12,078 nt of DNA, taken from assembly GCA_018400815.1 (NCBI GenBank), contig JAGYLS010000054.1, positions 1-12,078 of the forward strand, read 5' to 3'. Origin of the DNA: Candidatus Oleincola secundus (GTDB lineage: Bacteria; Atribacterota; Phoenicimicrobiia; Phoenicimicrobiales; Stramentimicrobiaceae). This document shows, in pieces, positions 1-7,820 of the stretch; within the stretch, counting starts at the first letter, position 1, and every line of letters starts with the position of its first letter. The position numbers were made by a program, and so were the translations under genes. The notes beneath the pieces were generated by a model. That model was not told the origin of the DNA and made no database searches. It saw only the letters and a program-made list of their open reading frames with translations.

Positions 1-2
1 AA

Positions 3-368
3 TGTCATCCTCTGGCTCCTATTAAACCAGGTGAAGCAGTTATTACTGGAGCACATAATTTGCCGAACCGTTTTGTGATTCATTGCCTGGGCCCTGTTTA
101 TGGTGTGGATAAACCCGAAGATATCTTGTTAACAGATTGTTACAAGAATGCTTTGAAATTGGCCGAAGAACATAGGATTAATTCAATTGCTTTTCCTGCG
201 ATATCCACTGGTGCGTTTGGTTTCCCGATAAATAATGCTACAGAAATTGCCTTCCGTACAATTAAAGAAACAATTCCGGGCTTAAGGCATGTAAAGCATA
301 TCAGGTTTGTTTTACATGACCAAAGTGCACTGAATATTCATGAACAGTATTTGGAAAAAATAATATAA
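3..368 (+). CDS. Macrodomain protein (O-acetyl-ADP-ribose deacetylase / ADP-ribosylhydrolase-like), 5'-truncated by the window edge
   Basis: The frame is open from base 3 (CHPLAPIKPGEAVITGAHNLPNRFVIHCLGPVY...), so the TTG at 60 is not the true start. It carries the macrodomain motifs GEAVITGA, VIHxxGP, Y..AL..A, SIAFPAISTGAFGFP and IRFV. Confidence 0.9.
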   Translation, partial: CHPLAPIKPGEAVITGAHNLPNRFVIHCLGPVYGVDKPEDILLTDCYKNALKLAEEHRINSIAFPAISTGAFGFPINNATEIAFRTIKETIPGLRHVKHIRFVLHDQSALNIHEQYLEKII

Positions 369-433
369 AGATTATAAAACAAGATTTGTTAAAGTTTCTA
401 AATACTTATAATATTGATGAGCTCTTTGTTTTT

Positions 434-1060
434 TTAAGTCTTCTTTAGGATTTTGCTGATTTCTTCTGCTGGGATAAGATTAGGAACCCTTCTCAATAAA
501 GTTTGCATTACAGCAAGATAAGCGCATGTTTCAAATGTTTCAAGGCGGGCAAAGGCAGTTTCAACCGAATCACCACAAGTAGTTACACCATGATTTTCCA
601 GAACAAATACATTGCACCCTTTTTTCGCATCCTTAATAAAGTTTTCTGCAAATTGGTCTGTACCGGGTTGACAGTAAGGAAGATAAGCAATATTTTCTAA
701 CATAAAAGCTGCTTCAGGTAAAATATTTGTATTAATTTTAATCTTATTGATTGCACAGATGAGTCCATTCCTGGGATGTGCATGGAAGATACTTTTAATG
801 TTTTTTCTGACATTATAGATTTTCAAGTGCATTTTTATCTCTGAAGAAAATTGGTATTTTCCAGCTAACTGATTTCCCTGCATATCTACTACGACAATAT
901 CATCAACAGTAAAGAAGTGTTTTATAAAACTTGTGGGCGTTAAGTATATCTTATCATTAATCCTGATGCTCATATTTCCGCCTGTTGATTCTGTAAGTTT
1001 TCTATCCCAAGTTAAACGAACATAGCTGGCAAATTTTTGAAGTTCATTTTGCTTAATCAA
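434..1060 (-). CDS. Class II aldolase/adducin family protein (L-fuculose-phosphate aldolase-like)
   Basis: Motifs GGNMSIR, TPTS, SSExxMHxxIY, HAHP and NHGVTTCG supply the Glu and three His metal-binding/catalytic residues. TTG start with a GGAGG RBS just upstream on the minus strand (cctcc at 1069-1073). Substrate not determinable. Confidence 0.88.
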   Translation of the reverse strand: MIKQNELQKFASYVRLTWDRKLTESTGGNMSIRINDKIYLTPTSFIKHFFTVDDIVVVDMQGNQLAGKYQFSSEIKMHLKIYNVRKNIKSIFHAHPRNGLICAINKIKINTNILPEAAFMLENIAYLPYCQPGTDQFAENFIKDAKKGCNVFVLENHGVTTCGDSVETAFARLETFETCAYLAVMQTLLRRVPNLIPAEEISKILKKT

Positions 1061-1301
1061 TTATTTTTCCTCCAATAGTATTATCTTACTTTTTAATGGA
1101 TATATTTCAGGCAGGAAAAGTTATCATGCTTACTCTAAATAACTAATTATATTTGATTTTGGTGTTTTGTTATTATATCATTTGGATATCTAAAGCTCAA
1201 AAAATAGTTAAAGCGATTAGATTATTATTTTTAATTTCTTGATTTATTTATTTTGAAAAACTAGTGATTATTATTATTTTATATTTTTGGAGGTTACTAA
1301 T

Positions 1302-2081
1302 ATGACAAACGAGAACAATATACTAACTGATATTATTGATAATATTGGGGTTATAACTTTGAATAATCCTGAAAAACACAATACTTTTAATATACCTTTT
1401 GCCAGGGCTTTAAATGATGCCTTATGGGAATTTGAACAAAATGACAAAGTAAAGTTAGTGGTAATACAGGCAGAAGGTAAAAATTTTTCTACTGGAATAG
1501 CACTTAATGAATTTAATAACAAAAGTTCTCAAGAATATAGAAAATTTTTACATTTAATGGATGAACATAATCATACTATAGCACAAATGAGAAAGATTGT
1601 TATAGCTTCAGTTCAAGGATATGCTGTCGCTAATGGCGCAGGGCTGGCATTTGCCAGTGATTTTACTATTGCCGCTGAAAATGCCCAATTTGGTACCACT
1701 GCTATTAATGTTGGGTTAATCTGTTTAGGCCCTGCAGTTCCCCTTATGAAGATAGTAGGTCGAAAAAAGACCCTGGAATTTATTCTTACCGGGAAAATAG
1801 TCCCTGCGGAAGAAGCACATCGTCTTGGCATCGTTAATGAGGTTGTTCCTATAGCTGAGTTAAAAGAGCATACTATGAAATTTGCCCAAAAGATGGCTGC
1901 AAAGAGCCCCCTTGCTTTACAGATAGGGAAATGGGGAGTTTATCAGATGCAGGATCTTCCTTATCACCAGGCTATTGATTATATGGGTGAGCTTTTTTCC
2001 AGTCTATGTACAACTGAAGATGCAGGAGAAGGAGTCAAAGCATTTTTGGAAAAAAGAAAACCTGTCTGGAAAGAGCAATAA
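1302..2081 (+). CDS. Enoyl-CoA hydratase/isomerase (crotonase) superfamily protein
   Basis: Motifs ITLNNPEKHN, GKNFSTGIAL, IASVQGYAV, AEEAHRLGIVNEV and EGVKAFLEKRKPVW. GGAGG at 1289-1293 supports ATG 1302 rather than the ORF-track TTG at 1287. Confidence 0.9.
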   Translation: MTNENNILTDIIDNIGVITLNNPEKHNTFNIPFARALNDALWEFEQNDKVKLVVIQAEGKNFSTGIALNEFNNKSSQEYRKFLHLMDEHNHTIAQMRKIVIASVQGYAVANGAGLAFASDFTIAAENAQFGTTAINVGLICLGPAVPLMKIVGRKKTLEFILTGKIVPAEEAHRLGIVNEVVPIAELKEHTMKFAQKMAAKSPLALQIGKWGVYQMQDLPYHQAIDYMGELFSSLCTTEDAGEGVKAFLEKRKPVWKEQ

Positions 2082-2149
2082 ATCTATTGTTAGTGTAAAA
2101 TTTACTGGGGTACTTAAAGAACCTGAAAACTTGCTCACTAACCTAAAAA

Positions 2150-2217
2150 AGGTGTAGACTTACCTAGAATACTCATCAAAGTATTCCTTTAATAAAAAAG
2201 GAGGTAAGACTACACCT
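2150..2217. repeat. 16-bp inverted repeat (1 mismatch) enclosing a 7-bp inner hairpin; sequesters a Shine-Dalgarno sequence
   Basis: aggtgtagacttacct (2150-2165) versus aggtaagactacacct (2202-2217). Inner stem gaatact (2167-2173) / agtattc (2180-2186). Confidence 0.9.
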
Positions 2218-2300
2218 ATGAGTAATTTTCGTTTATCTAAGATGGGTAAATATATATAAACTAACAATATTAAATATATTTGATGATATAGCTTATTAAA

Positions 2301-2370
2301 ATTAACAGTTTATTTAACCATAAAAATCCCCTTCTTTGAAGGTGGTCATGGTTAGATAAACTGGTTTAAT
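2301..2370. repeat. Long imperfect hairpin (16-bp outer stem plus apical ccttc-ttt-gaagg stem)
   Basis: cagtttatttaaccat (2306-2321) pairs with atggttagataaactg (2348-2363) with one G-U. It extends via attaa/ttaat. Apical stem 2330-2342. Confidence 0.9.
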
Positions 2371-2504
2371 CATAAAGACAAAAGACAATAGATATACTAA
2401 CTGAAATATTTTACCCGAGGTCCCAAAAAGAGGCGATTGGCCACCTGCTTTGCGGGTGCGGTATCTACTTATTATCCAATTGAGGAGATAAGAAAGTAAA
2501 AATT

Positions 2505-3401
2505 ATGATAAAAGTTTTGTCATTTGGAGAGCTCTTATGGGATATAATCGGAGGGGAAAGCCTACATTGGCGGGGCGCCCTTAACCTGGCAAGTCATCTT
2601 GCAAAATGGGCATTCAGTCTACATATATATCGTCTGTAGGAAAAGATGATCTTGGTGAAAAAGCCTTAAAGATTGCCAAATACTATGGTTTAGATACTGA
2701 CTATATTTCAATCCATTCAACTTTACCTACTGGAAAAGTTAATGTTTTCTTAGATAAAAAAGGGAACCCTCAATATACTATTAATAAAACACTGCATGGG
2801 ATGAGATTATTCTGCAAGATAATTTTAAAAATGTATTATTTAAAGAATACTGGGATGCTTTTTGTTTTGGTACGCTAGCTCAACGCACTAAATCTAATAG
2901 AGAATTATTGTATGGTTTAATTCCGCAATTAAATTGTAAATATATTTTTATGATGTTAACCTCAGACAAAATTTTTATCAGAAAGAGTGGATTGAACATT
3001 CATTGAAACTCAGTAATATGTTAAAGTTAAATGAAGAGGAAACCAAAATTCTCTCTGAATTATTGTTAGGCAAGCCAGTAACCAAGGAAGAATTCTGCCA
3101 AATTATTTATTCTGAATACGATATTGAAATAATATGTATAACTTTGGGGGAAAATGGCTCAATAGTCTATGATGGACAAGATTTTTTTCGGGTTCCGGGA
3201 GCAAAAGTAAAAGTTGTTGATACGGTGGGTGCGGGTGATAGTTTCAGTGCAGCCTTTTTATTTTCCTTGTTATCAGGGTTGACTCCCAGGGAATCTGGCT
3301 TATTTGCCAATCAAGTGGGAGCATTTGTTGCCAGTCAGCCCGGAGGGGTTCCGGAATATTCGTCAATATTAAAAGAACAGATAAAAATTATTAAAGAATG
3401 A
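2505..3401 (+). CDS. PfkB family fructokinase-like carbohydrate kinase; one gene of about 299 aa interrupted by about 5 single-base indels (sequencing error or recent pseudogene)
   Basis: Re-phasing gives MIKVLSFGELLWDII.GKAYIGGAPFNLASHLAKMGIQSTYISSVGKDDLG...NTAWDEI...FCFGTLAQR...IFYDVNLRQNFY...LKLNEEE...VVDTVGAGDSFSAAF, with both PfkB signatures. This joins ORFs 2606..2878 and 3003..3401. Shifts fall at about 2550-2556, 2581-2582, 2603-2606, 2786-2789 and 2945-2949. Confidence 0.85.
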
Positions 3402-3477
3402 ATTTAAAAAATTTAGTAAACTGAAATGAAATTGTTTTGATTTTTTTAAAACACAGTAATAGGAGATAGGTAACTGA

Positions 3478-4629
3478 ATGGATGTTGTAGTATGTGGTCA
3501 TATTTGTCTTGATATAATCCCTCATTGGACAGCTGGGGGGATTGAAATGTTGGTTCCTGGACATATTTTTGAAATGTCCGGTATAGATGTGAGTACCGGT
3601 GGATCGGTTGCTAATACTGGTTTAGCTTTGCATAAATTAGGAATTAAAACTTCTTTATTGGGTAAAATTGGTAATGATTCCTTTGGAAAGATTATTCTAG
3701 AAATAATACAAAAGCAAGACAAAGAAATAGGAAAGAAGATGATTATAAGTGATAATGATGAATCTTCTTATACTATAGTTTTAAATCCCCCGGATACTGA
3801 CCGTATTTTTTTACATTACCCGGGAAGCAATCATACTTTTAATGCTAGTGAAATATCTTATTCTCGTATTAAGGGAGCACGTTTATTCCATTTTGGATAT
3901 CCTCCAGCAATGAAAAGATTTTATCAGAATGATGGTGAAGAACTAGTCAAAATGTTTACCAGAATACGAGACATGGGAATAGTGACCAGCTTAGACATGG
4001 CAATGCCTGATCCGGAATCTGAATCGGGTAAGATTAATTGGAGAAATTTAATGCAAAACGTTTTACCATATGTTGACATATTTTTACCAAGCATTGATGA
4101 ATTATTATATATGTGGAATAGAAGAGACTATGAATTAATGATCTCTGGTAAAAAAAAGATATCCCTTGATTGGCTATCAAGTTTATCGGAGGAACTGATT
4201 GATATTGGTTTACCTATAGTTATAATTAAACTAGGAGAAAAAGGTCTTTTTTTAAAGACTGGTTTACCAGAAGGTAAAAATATATCATTATTAATAAAGA
4301 AGGAACAGTGGTCAAGACGACAATTATTCTCTCCTGTCTATGAAGTAGACGTAGTTGGAACAACTGGAGCCGGTGATACTGCTATTGCAGGATTTCTTTC
4401 TCAAATCGTACAGGGCTCAACACCTGAGCAAGCTATGAATATCGGCACAGCTACAGGTGCCTGTTGTGTTGAAGCAAGGGACGCAACAAGTGGAATAAAG
4501 TCGATTAATAAAATAGAAGAGAGAATTCAAAAGGGTTGGAAAAAACAAATTCCCTTGCTATCTACGGAGGGCTGGGAATGGATTCCCGAATATCTATTAT
4601 GGGAAAGATTAATTATCGATGATAATTAA
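3478..4629 (+). CDS. PfkB/ribokinase family carbohydrate kinase
   Basis: GHICLDI, GGSVANTGLALHKLG...GKIGNDSFG (signature 1), PSIDEL, IKLGEKG and GTTGAGDTAIAGF (signature 2). AGGAG/AGGT RBS upstream. Confidence 0.92.
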   Translation: MDVVVCGHICLDIIPHWTAGGIEMLVPGHIFEMSGIDVSTGGSVANTGLALHKLGIKTSLLGKIGNDSFGKIILEIIQKQDKEIGKKMIISDNDESSYTIVLNPPDTDRIFLHYPGSNHTFNASEISYSRIKGARLFHFGYPPAMKRFYQNDGEELVKMFTRIRDMGIVTSLDMAMPDPESESGKINWRNLMQNVLPYVDIFLPSIDELLYMWNRRDYELMISGKKKISLDWLSSLSEELIDIGLPIVIIKLGEKGLFLKTGLPEGKNISLLIKKEQWSRRQLFSPVYEVDVVGTTGAGDTAIAGFLSQIVQGSTPEQAMNIGTATGACCVEARDATSGIKSINKIEERIQKGWKKQIPLLSTEGWEWIPEYLLWERLIIDDN

Positions 4630-4654
4630 TCTTTTAGTCAATTATTTATAGTAA

Positions 4655-5206
<552 letters not shown>

Positions 5207-5234
5207 ATAAAATAAAATAAGGAGGAACTTAGTC

Positions 5235-6305
5235 ATGCTAAAAATAGGCAATAAGTTCCTTACTCGTGAGGAAATCAAACGTTATTTTGGTAGTTTACAT
5301 CAGGTTGCAGGATTGAAGCGTTTTGCTTACCAGGAAGGCAAGGCTGATGGCTTAGAAGCAGTAGAATGTCGGACAGGTACAGGTTTGCGGTATCATGTCC
5401 TTCTCAGTCGTGGTATGGATATTGGCTTGTGTGAGTATCGAGGAATTCCGATAAATTTTCGATCTGCAGTGGGTGAGTCATCTCCGAAGTATTTTGAGGC
5501 AACCGGAGACGAATGGTTGCGTAATTTTGGAGGTGGACTTCTGGTTACCTGTGGACTAAATTACCTGGGTGCACCGGATACTGATCAAGGAGAAAGTCTC
5601 GGCCTTCATGGAAGAATTTCGAATACTCCGGCAGAAGAGATTTCCCTTGATTCTATCTGGAATGGGGATGAATGTACTTTTTTAGTGAAAGGGAAGACAA
5701 GAGAAGCAAAAACACTTTCCAGCCATTTGCTAATCTCACGAAAAATATCAAGTAAATTGGGTGAGAACAAGATTATTCTCCAAGATACAATTAGTAATGA
5801 AGGATTTCATAAATCTCCATTAATGTTGCTTTACCATATTAATATAGGTTACCCATTATTAGATAAAGAATCACGTTTGTATGCTCCTTCCCTGCAAGTT
5901 ATACCTAGAGACAAACAGGCCGAAAAAGGTATGGATAAATACAATTACTATAGTGCTCCGGAATTAAATTATCCAGATACAGTATTCTATCACCAATTAA
6001 AAACAGATGCTACCGGATGGAGTAGGGCAGCCTTTATTAATTCTGAAAAGAATTTAGGACTATATATTTACTATGATAGTCGTTATCTTCCTCATTTTAT
6101 TCAATGGAAATTTTTGGAAATGGGTAATTATGTAACGGGGATGGAGCCTGCAAATTGTTTAGTAGAAGGTCGTTCTAAAGAAAGAGAACAGAGAAGCTTG
6201 GTTTATTTGGAACCCGGTGAAAAGCAGGTCATCCAATTAGAAATAGGATTATTGATTTCAAGTGACGATTTAGAAAAAGAAATTAAGAACATTGAAAATT
6301 TCTAA
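5235..6305 (+). CDS. Aldose 1-epimerase/mutarotase-like protein (DUF4432 type)
   Basis: RGMDIG, WLRNFGGGLLVTCGL, GLHGRISNTPA, LYHINIGYPL and YVTGMEP motifs. AGGAGG RBS at 5220-5225. Confidence 0.85.
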   Translation: MLKIGNKFLTREEIKRYFGSLHQVAGLKRFAYQEGKADGLEAVECRTGTGLRYHVLLSRGMDIGLCEYRGIPINFRSAVGESSPKYFEATGDEWLRNFGGGLLVTCGLNYLGAPDTDQGESLGLHGRISNTPAEEISLDSIWNGDECTFLVKGKTREAKTLSSHLLISRKISSKLGENKIILQDTISNEGFHKSPLMLLYHINIGYPLLDKESRLYAPSLQVIPRDKQAEKGMDKYNYYSAPELNYPDTVFYHQLKTDATGWSRAAFINSEKNLGLYIYYDSRYLPHFIQWKFLEMGNYVTGMEPANCLVEGRSKEREQRSLVYLEPGEKQVIQLEIGLLISSDDLEKEIKNIENF

Positions 6306-6406
6306 ATATATTGTGATAGATATCTACCCCTCAATTTAATTCTATATTTTTAGTTATTTGTAATATTTAACTAAAAAAACTTTTTGCATGTTAACAAAAA
6401 TAATCA

Positions 6407-6435
6407 TTGACATTCATTTTTGGTTAAACTATACT
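6407..6435 (+). promoter_or_regulatory. Sigma-70/SigA promoter upstream of the ROK regulator
   Basis: TTGACA (6407-6412), a 17-nt spacer, then TATACT (6430-6435). Confidence 0.85.
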
Positions 6436-6438
6436 TAT

Positions 6439-6459
6439 TTAGTAAGTAAAGTTTACTAA
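6439..6459. promoter_or_regulatory. Palindromic operator, probably bound by the adjacent ROK repressor
   Basis: TTAGTAA-N7-TTACTAA is a perfect 7-bp inverted repeat over the predicted +1. It resembles the TTAGT...ACTAA ends of XylR-type ROK operators. Confidence 0.7.
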
Positions 6460-6479
6460 CTAAAAGAGGCCATTAGTCG

Positions 6480-7640
6480 ATGTTAATATCAAAGCCCGAA
6501 GATAGTAGAATAAAAAATTCAACCACTTTATTATTACTGTTAATGAAACATGACGGGATTTCGAGAGCGGAAATGTCTCGACTAACCGGATTGACCAAGA
6601 CAACCATATCTACCATTATTAAAAAACTCAAACAGGCTGGCATTGTAGAGGAATCAGATCAGATTGCTACTGGGAATATTGGAAAATCACCATATCCCCT
6701 TCATATTTGCTCTAATGCAGCTTATACTATCGGGGTTCATCTCGGTAGAAAAAGAGTAGAAACTTTGTTAATAGATTCCAGAATGAAAGTAATCAAAAAA
6801 AACAAAGGGGAAGATTATAAACATTTAGGACCGGAAAGCATTATGAAAAGCTTGTTTCTGAACATAGATAAATTATTTAATTCAGCTCATAAAAAAAACA
6901 TAGAAATACGTGCCATAGGTGTTGGAATTCCGGGACCTCTCGATATAGAAAATGGTATTGTAAAACAGCCGCCCAAATTTCAAGGATGGAAAGATGTGCC
7001 AGTAAAAGAAATGATTGAAAAAAAGTATCAAATACCGGTATGGATTGAAAATGATGCTAGTGTAGGTGCTTTAGCTGAAAAATGGCTGGGTGACGGAAAA
7101 GATATACATAATTTTATTCGCTTAATTTTAAATGAGGGAATTGGTGCCGGGGTAGTGATTGAGGATGAACTATATCAAGGAACCTATGATTATGTGGGAG
7201 AAATAGGACATTTCCTTTGTTTTGATAAGGGGAAATATTCCTACCTAGAAGATATTGCGGGTGTAGATATATTGCTGGAACAAGCCCAAAAAAGTGGTTT
7301 AAAAATAAACAATTTGCAAGAATTTAAAGGATTGTTGGCTGGTAATAAAAACAATAGCAAAAAAGCACAGGAAATTCTCAGCCCTTTTGCTTCCTGGATT
7401 GGATCTGCAATTATAAATGCGATTCATATGATTGGTCCGCAAACAGTTTTTATTGGTGGAAAAATGGCTATTTTGGGAGACTCGTTTATTCAGCCTGTAC
7501 GGCAATTTGTTTCCTGTTACCTCTTTGGAAATCAGGAAGTTGATATCAGGTATTCTGGTATCAGTTCTGATGCAGAGTCTTTAGGAGCGGGGATTTATGC
7601 TGCTGTTCGATGGTTAGAGCAAAAAGGTAAAGAGATATAA
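6480..7640 (+). CDS. ROK family transcriptional repressor (XylR/NagC-like)
   Basis: N-terminal HTH ISRAEMSRLTGLTKTTISTIIKKL, plus ROK motifs IGVGIPGP, IENDA..GALAE, GIGAGVVI and GEIGH. Confidence 0.92.
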   Translation: MLISKPEDSRIKNSTTLLLLLMKHDGISRAEMSRLTGLTKTTISTIIKKLKQAGIVEESDQIATGNIGKSPYPLHICSNAAYTIGVHLGRKRVETLLIDSRMKVIKKNKGEDYKHLGPESIMKSLFLNIDKLFNSAHKKNIEIRAIGVGIPGPLDIENGIVKQPPKFQGWKDVPVKEMIEKKYQIPVWIENDASVGALAEKWLGDGKDIHNFIRLILNEGIGAGVVIEDELYQGTYDYVGEIGHFLCFDKGKYSYLEDIAGVDILLEQAQKSGLKINNLQEFKGLLAGNKNNSKKAQEILSPFASWIGSAIINAIHMIGPQTVFIGGKMAILGDSFIQPVRQFVSCYLFGNQEVDIRYSGISSDAESLGAGIYAAVRWLEQKGKEI

Positions 7641-7820
7641 CAATATTTTCTAAATTCAAATGTATTTCGAGGCAATATTTTGCAAACACATGTCATCAAA
7701 GATAATCTAAGGGCGCTATAAATCATAAAGGAGGTGAATTTATTAAAAACAGAATAGAGATTCATTCAGAATTCAGACTGTTTAAAATGTAAAAATTTCA
7801 AGTTGAGGAGGAGAAAGAAA

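Larger units (their letters stand above)
2089..2469 (+). mobile_element. Putative IS200/IS605-family remnant or non-autonomous derivative (left-end hairpins, truncated tnpA start, right-end-like hairpins)
   Basis: Seen: an imperfect hairpin 2089-2142 (gttagtg/cactaac); a 16-bp stem 2150-2165/2202-2217 burying most of AGGAGGT directly before ATG 2218; a 13-codon ORF MSNFRLSKMGKYI; and GC-rich small hairpins at 2328-2345 and 2442-2458. The resemblance to IS200 ends and to TnpA N-termini of the MSRFRKLS type is from memory, not from a search. Confidence 0.45.

Noticed and set aside
1..368. Macrodomain as part of an anti-phage or toxin-antitoxin (DarTG-like) system
   Set aside because: No ADP-ribosyltransferase or other partner is visible in the window, and it looks like an ordinary macrodomain hydrolase. 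The upstream context is not available.
503..700. 65-aa plus-strand ORF
   Set aside because: It is an antisense shadow of the class II aldolase, with no RBS or recognisable motif.
1061..1301. Divergent promoters between the aldolase and crotonase genes
   Set aside because: They must exist, but the region is so AT-rich that no single -35/-10 pair could be supported.
1274..1831. Minus-strand ORFs 1274..1522 and 1613..1831
   Set aside because: Both are antisense shadows of the crotonase-family gene.
1975..2157. 60-aa plus-strand ORF
   Set aside because: It overlaps the crotonase 3' end out of frame, runs into structured non-coding DNA and has no RBS.
2089..2470. Known riboswitch, tRNA or CRISPR array
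   Set aside because: I recognise no conserved riboswitch core, no cloverleaf and no regularly spaced direct repeats. An Rfam scan is still needed to exclude these formally.
2550..2949. Programmed frameshifting or phase variation
   Set aside because: There are too many independent shifts in runs of only 2-5 nt, and no slippery heptamer with a downstream structure. Sequencing error is simpler.
2606..3401. Two separate ORFs (90 aa and 132 aa)
   Set aside because: They are fragments of one frameshifted PfkB gene starting at 2505.
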